Shown here in pieces: positions 63,501 through 64,000 of a stretch of DNA of 64,000 bases (positions are counted from its first letter, which is position 1; each line of letters opens with the position of its first letter). The notes beneath the pieces were generated by a model, which saw only the letters and a program-made list of their open reading frames with translations, was not told the origin of the DNA and did no database searches. Origin of the DNA: Mobula hypostoma (Eukaryota); assembly GCF_963921235.1 (NCBI RefSeq), contig NC_086097.1, positions 213,158,001 through 213,222,000 on the forward strand. Direction: 5' to 3'. A program made the translations under genes and the position numbers.

Positions 63501-64000
63501 AGTAGCATGAAAAAAGCACAACAGCGCCTCTTTCACCTCAGATGGTTGAAGGAGTTCAGCATAAGGCTCCAAATCCTAAGAACTTTCTACAGAGGCACAA
63601 TTGAGAGCATCCTGACTGGCTGCATCACTGCCTGATACGGGAACTGTAATTCCCTCAATCGCAGGAGTCTGCAGAGAATGGTGTGGACAGCCCAGCGCAT
63701 CTGTACATGTGAACTTCCCACTATTCAGGACATTTACAGAGACAGGTGTGTATAAAGGGCCCAAGGGATCATTGGGGTCCCGAATCATCCCAACCACAAA
63801 CTGTTCCCGCTGCTACAATGTAGGAAACAGTACCACAGCATAAAAGCCAGGACCAATAGGCTCCAGGACATCATCTTCCACCAGGCCATCAAACTGATTA
63901 AGTCATGCTGATACAATTGTAGTTCTATGTTATATTGTCTGTCCTGTTGCACATACTATTTATCACAAATTACTATAATTTCACATTGCACATTTAGATG
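63500..64000 (+). mobile_element. Rex1/Babar-type 3' fragment
   Basis: KKAQQRLFHLRWLKEF...FYRGTIESILTGCITA. Confidence 0.8.

Overview
Vertebrate genomic DNA, most likely from a cartilaginous fish (ray or shark; inferred from the CR1, V-SINE, DeuSINE-like and Penelope repeat mix). The only host gene I can support is CA8 (carbonic anhydrase-related protein VIII) on the minus strand. Coding exons 1-5 lie at 51265-51190, 50772-50581, 24907-24783, 10531-10436 and 3963-3901, all with GT-AG junctions, and splice to 184 uninterrupted codons. The remaining exons should lie left of position 1. A CpG-rich promoter/5'UTR region surrounds about 51.2-52.2 kb. Most of the rest is nested retroelements: CR1, Rex1/Babar, RTE, L2, Tx1, a full-length decayed Ty3/Gypsy, LTRs, SINEs and many Penelope-like element (PLE) pieces. 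The most interesting signals are ribozyme-bearing retroelements. (i) A 3.0-kb PLE insertion has ~850-bp inverted arms, an 11-bp target-site duplication (TSD), an open RT+GIY-YIG frame and an intact minimal hammerhead motif. (ii) Several 130-380-bp fold-back mini-elements, most with their own TSDs, are built from PLE ends; in the best copies the hairpin extends hammerhead helix I. (iii) A ~570-bp non-coding insertion starts with an HDV-like ribozyme fold and ends in an RTE-type tail. All family assignments and RNA folds were made by eye; no database search or folding program was run. Repeat boundaries without a TSD are approximate.
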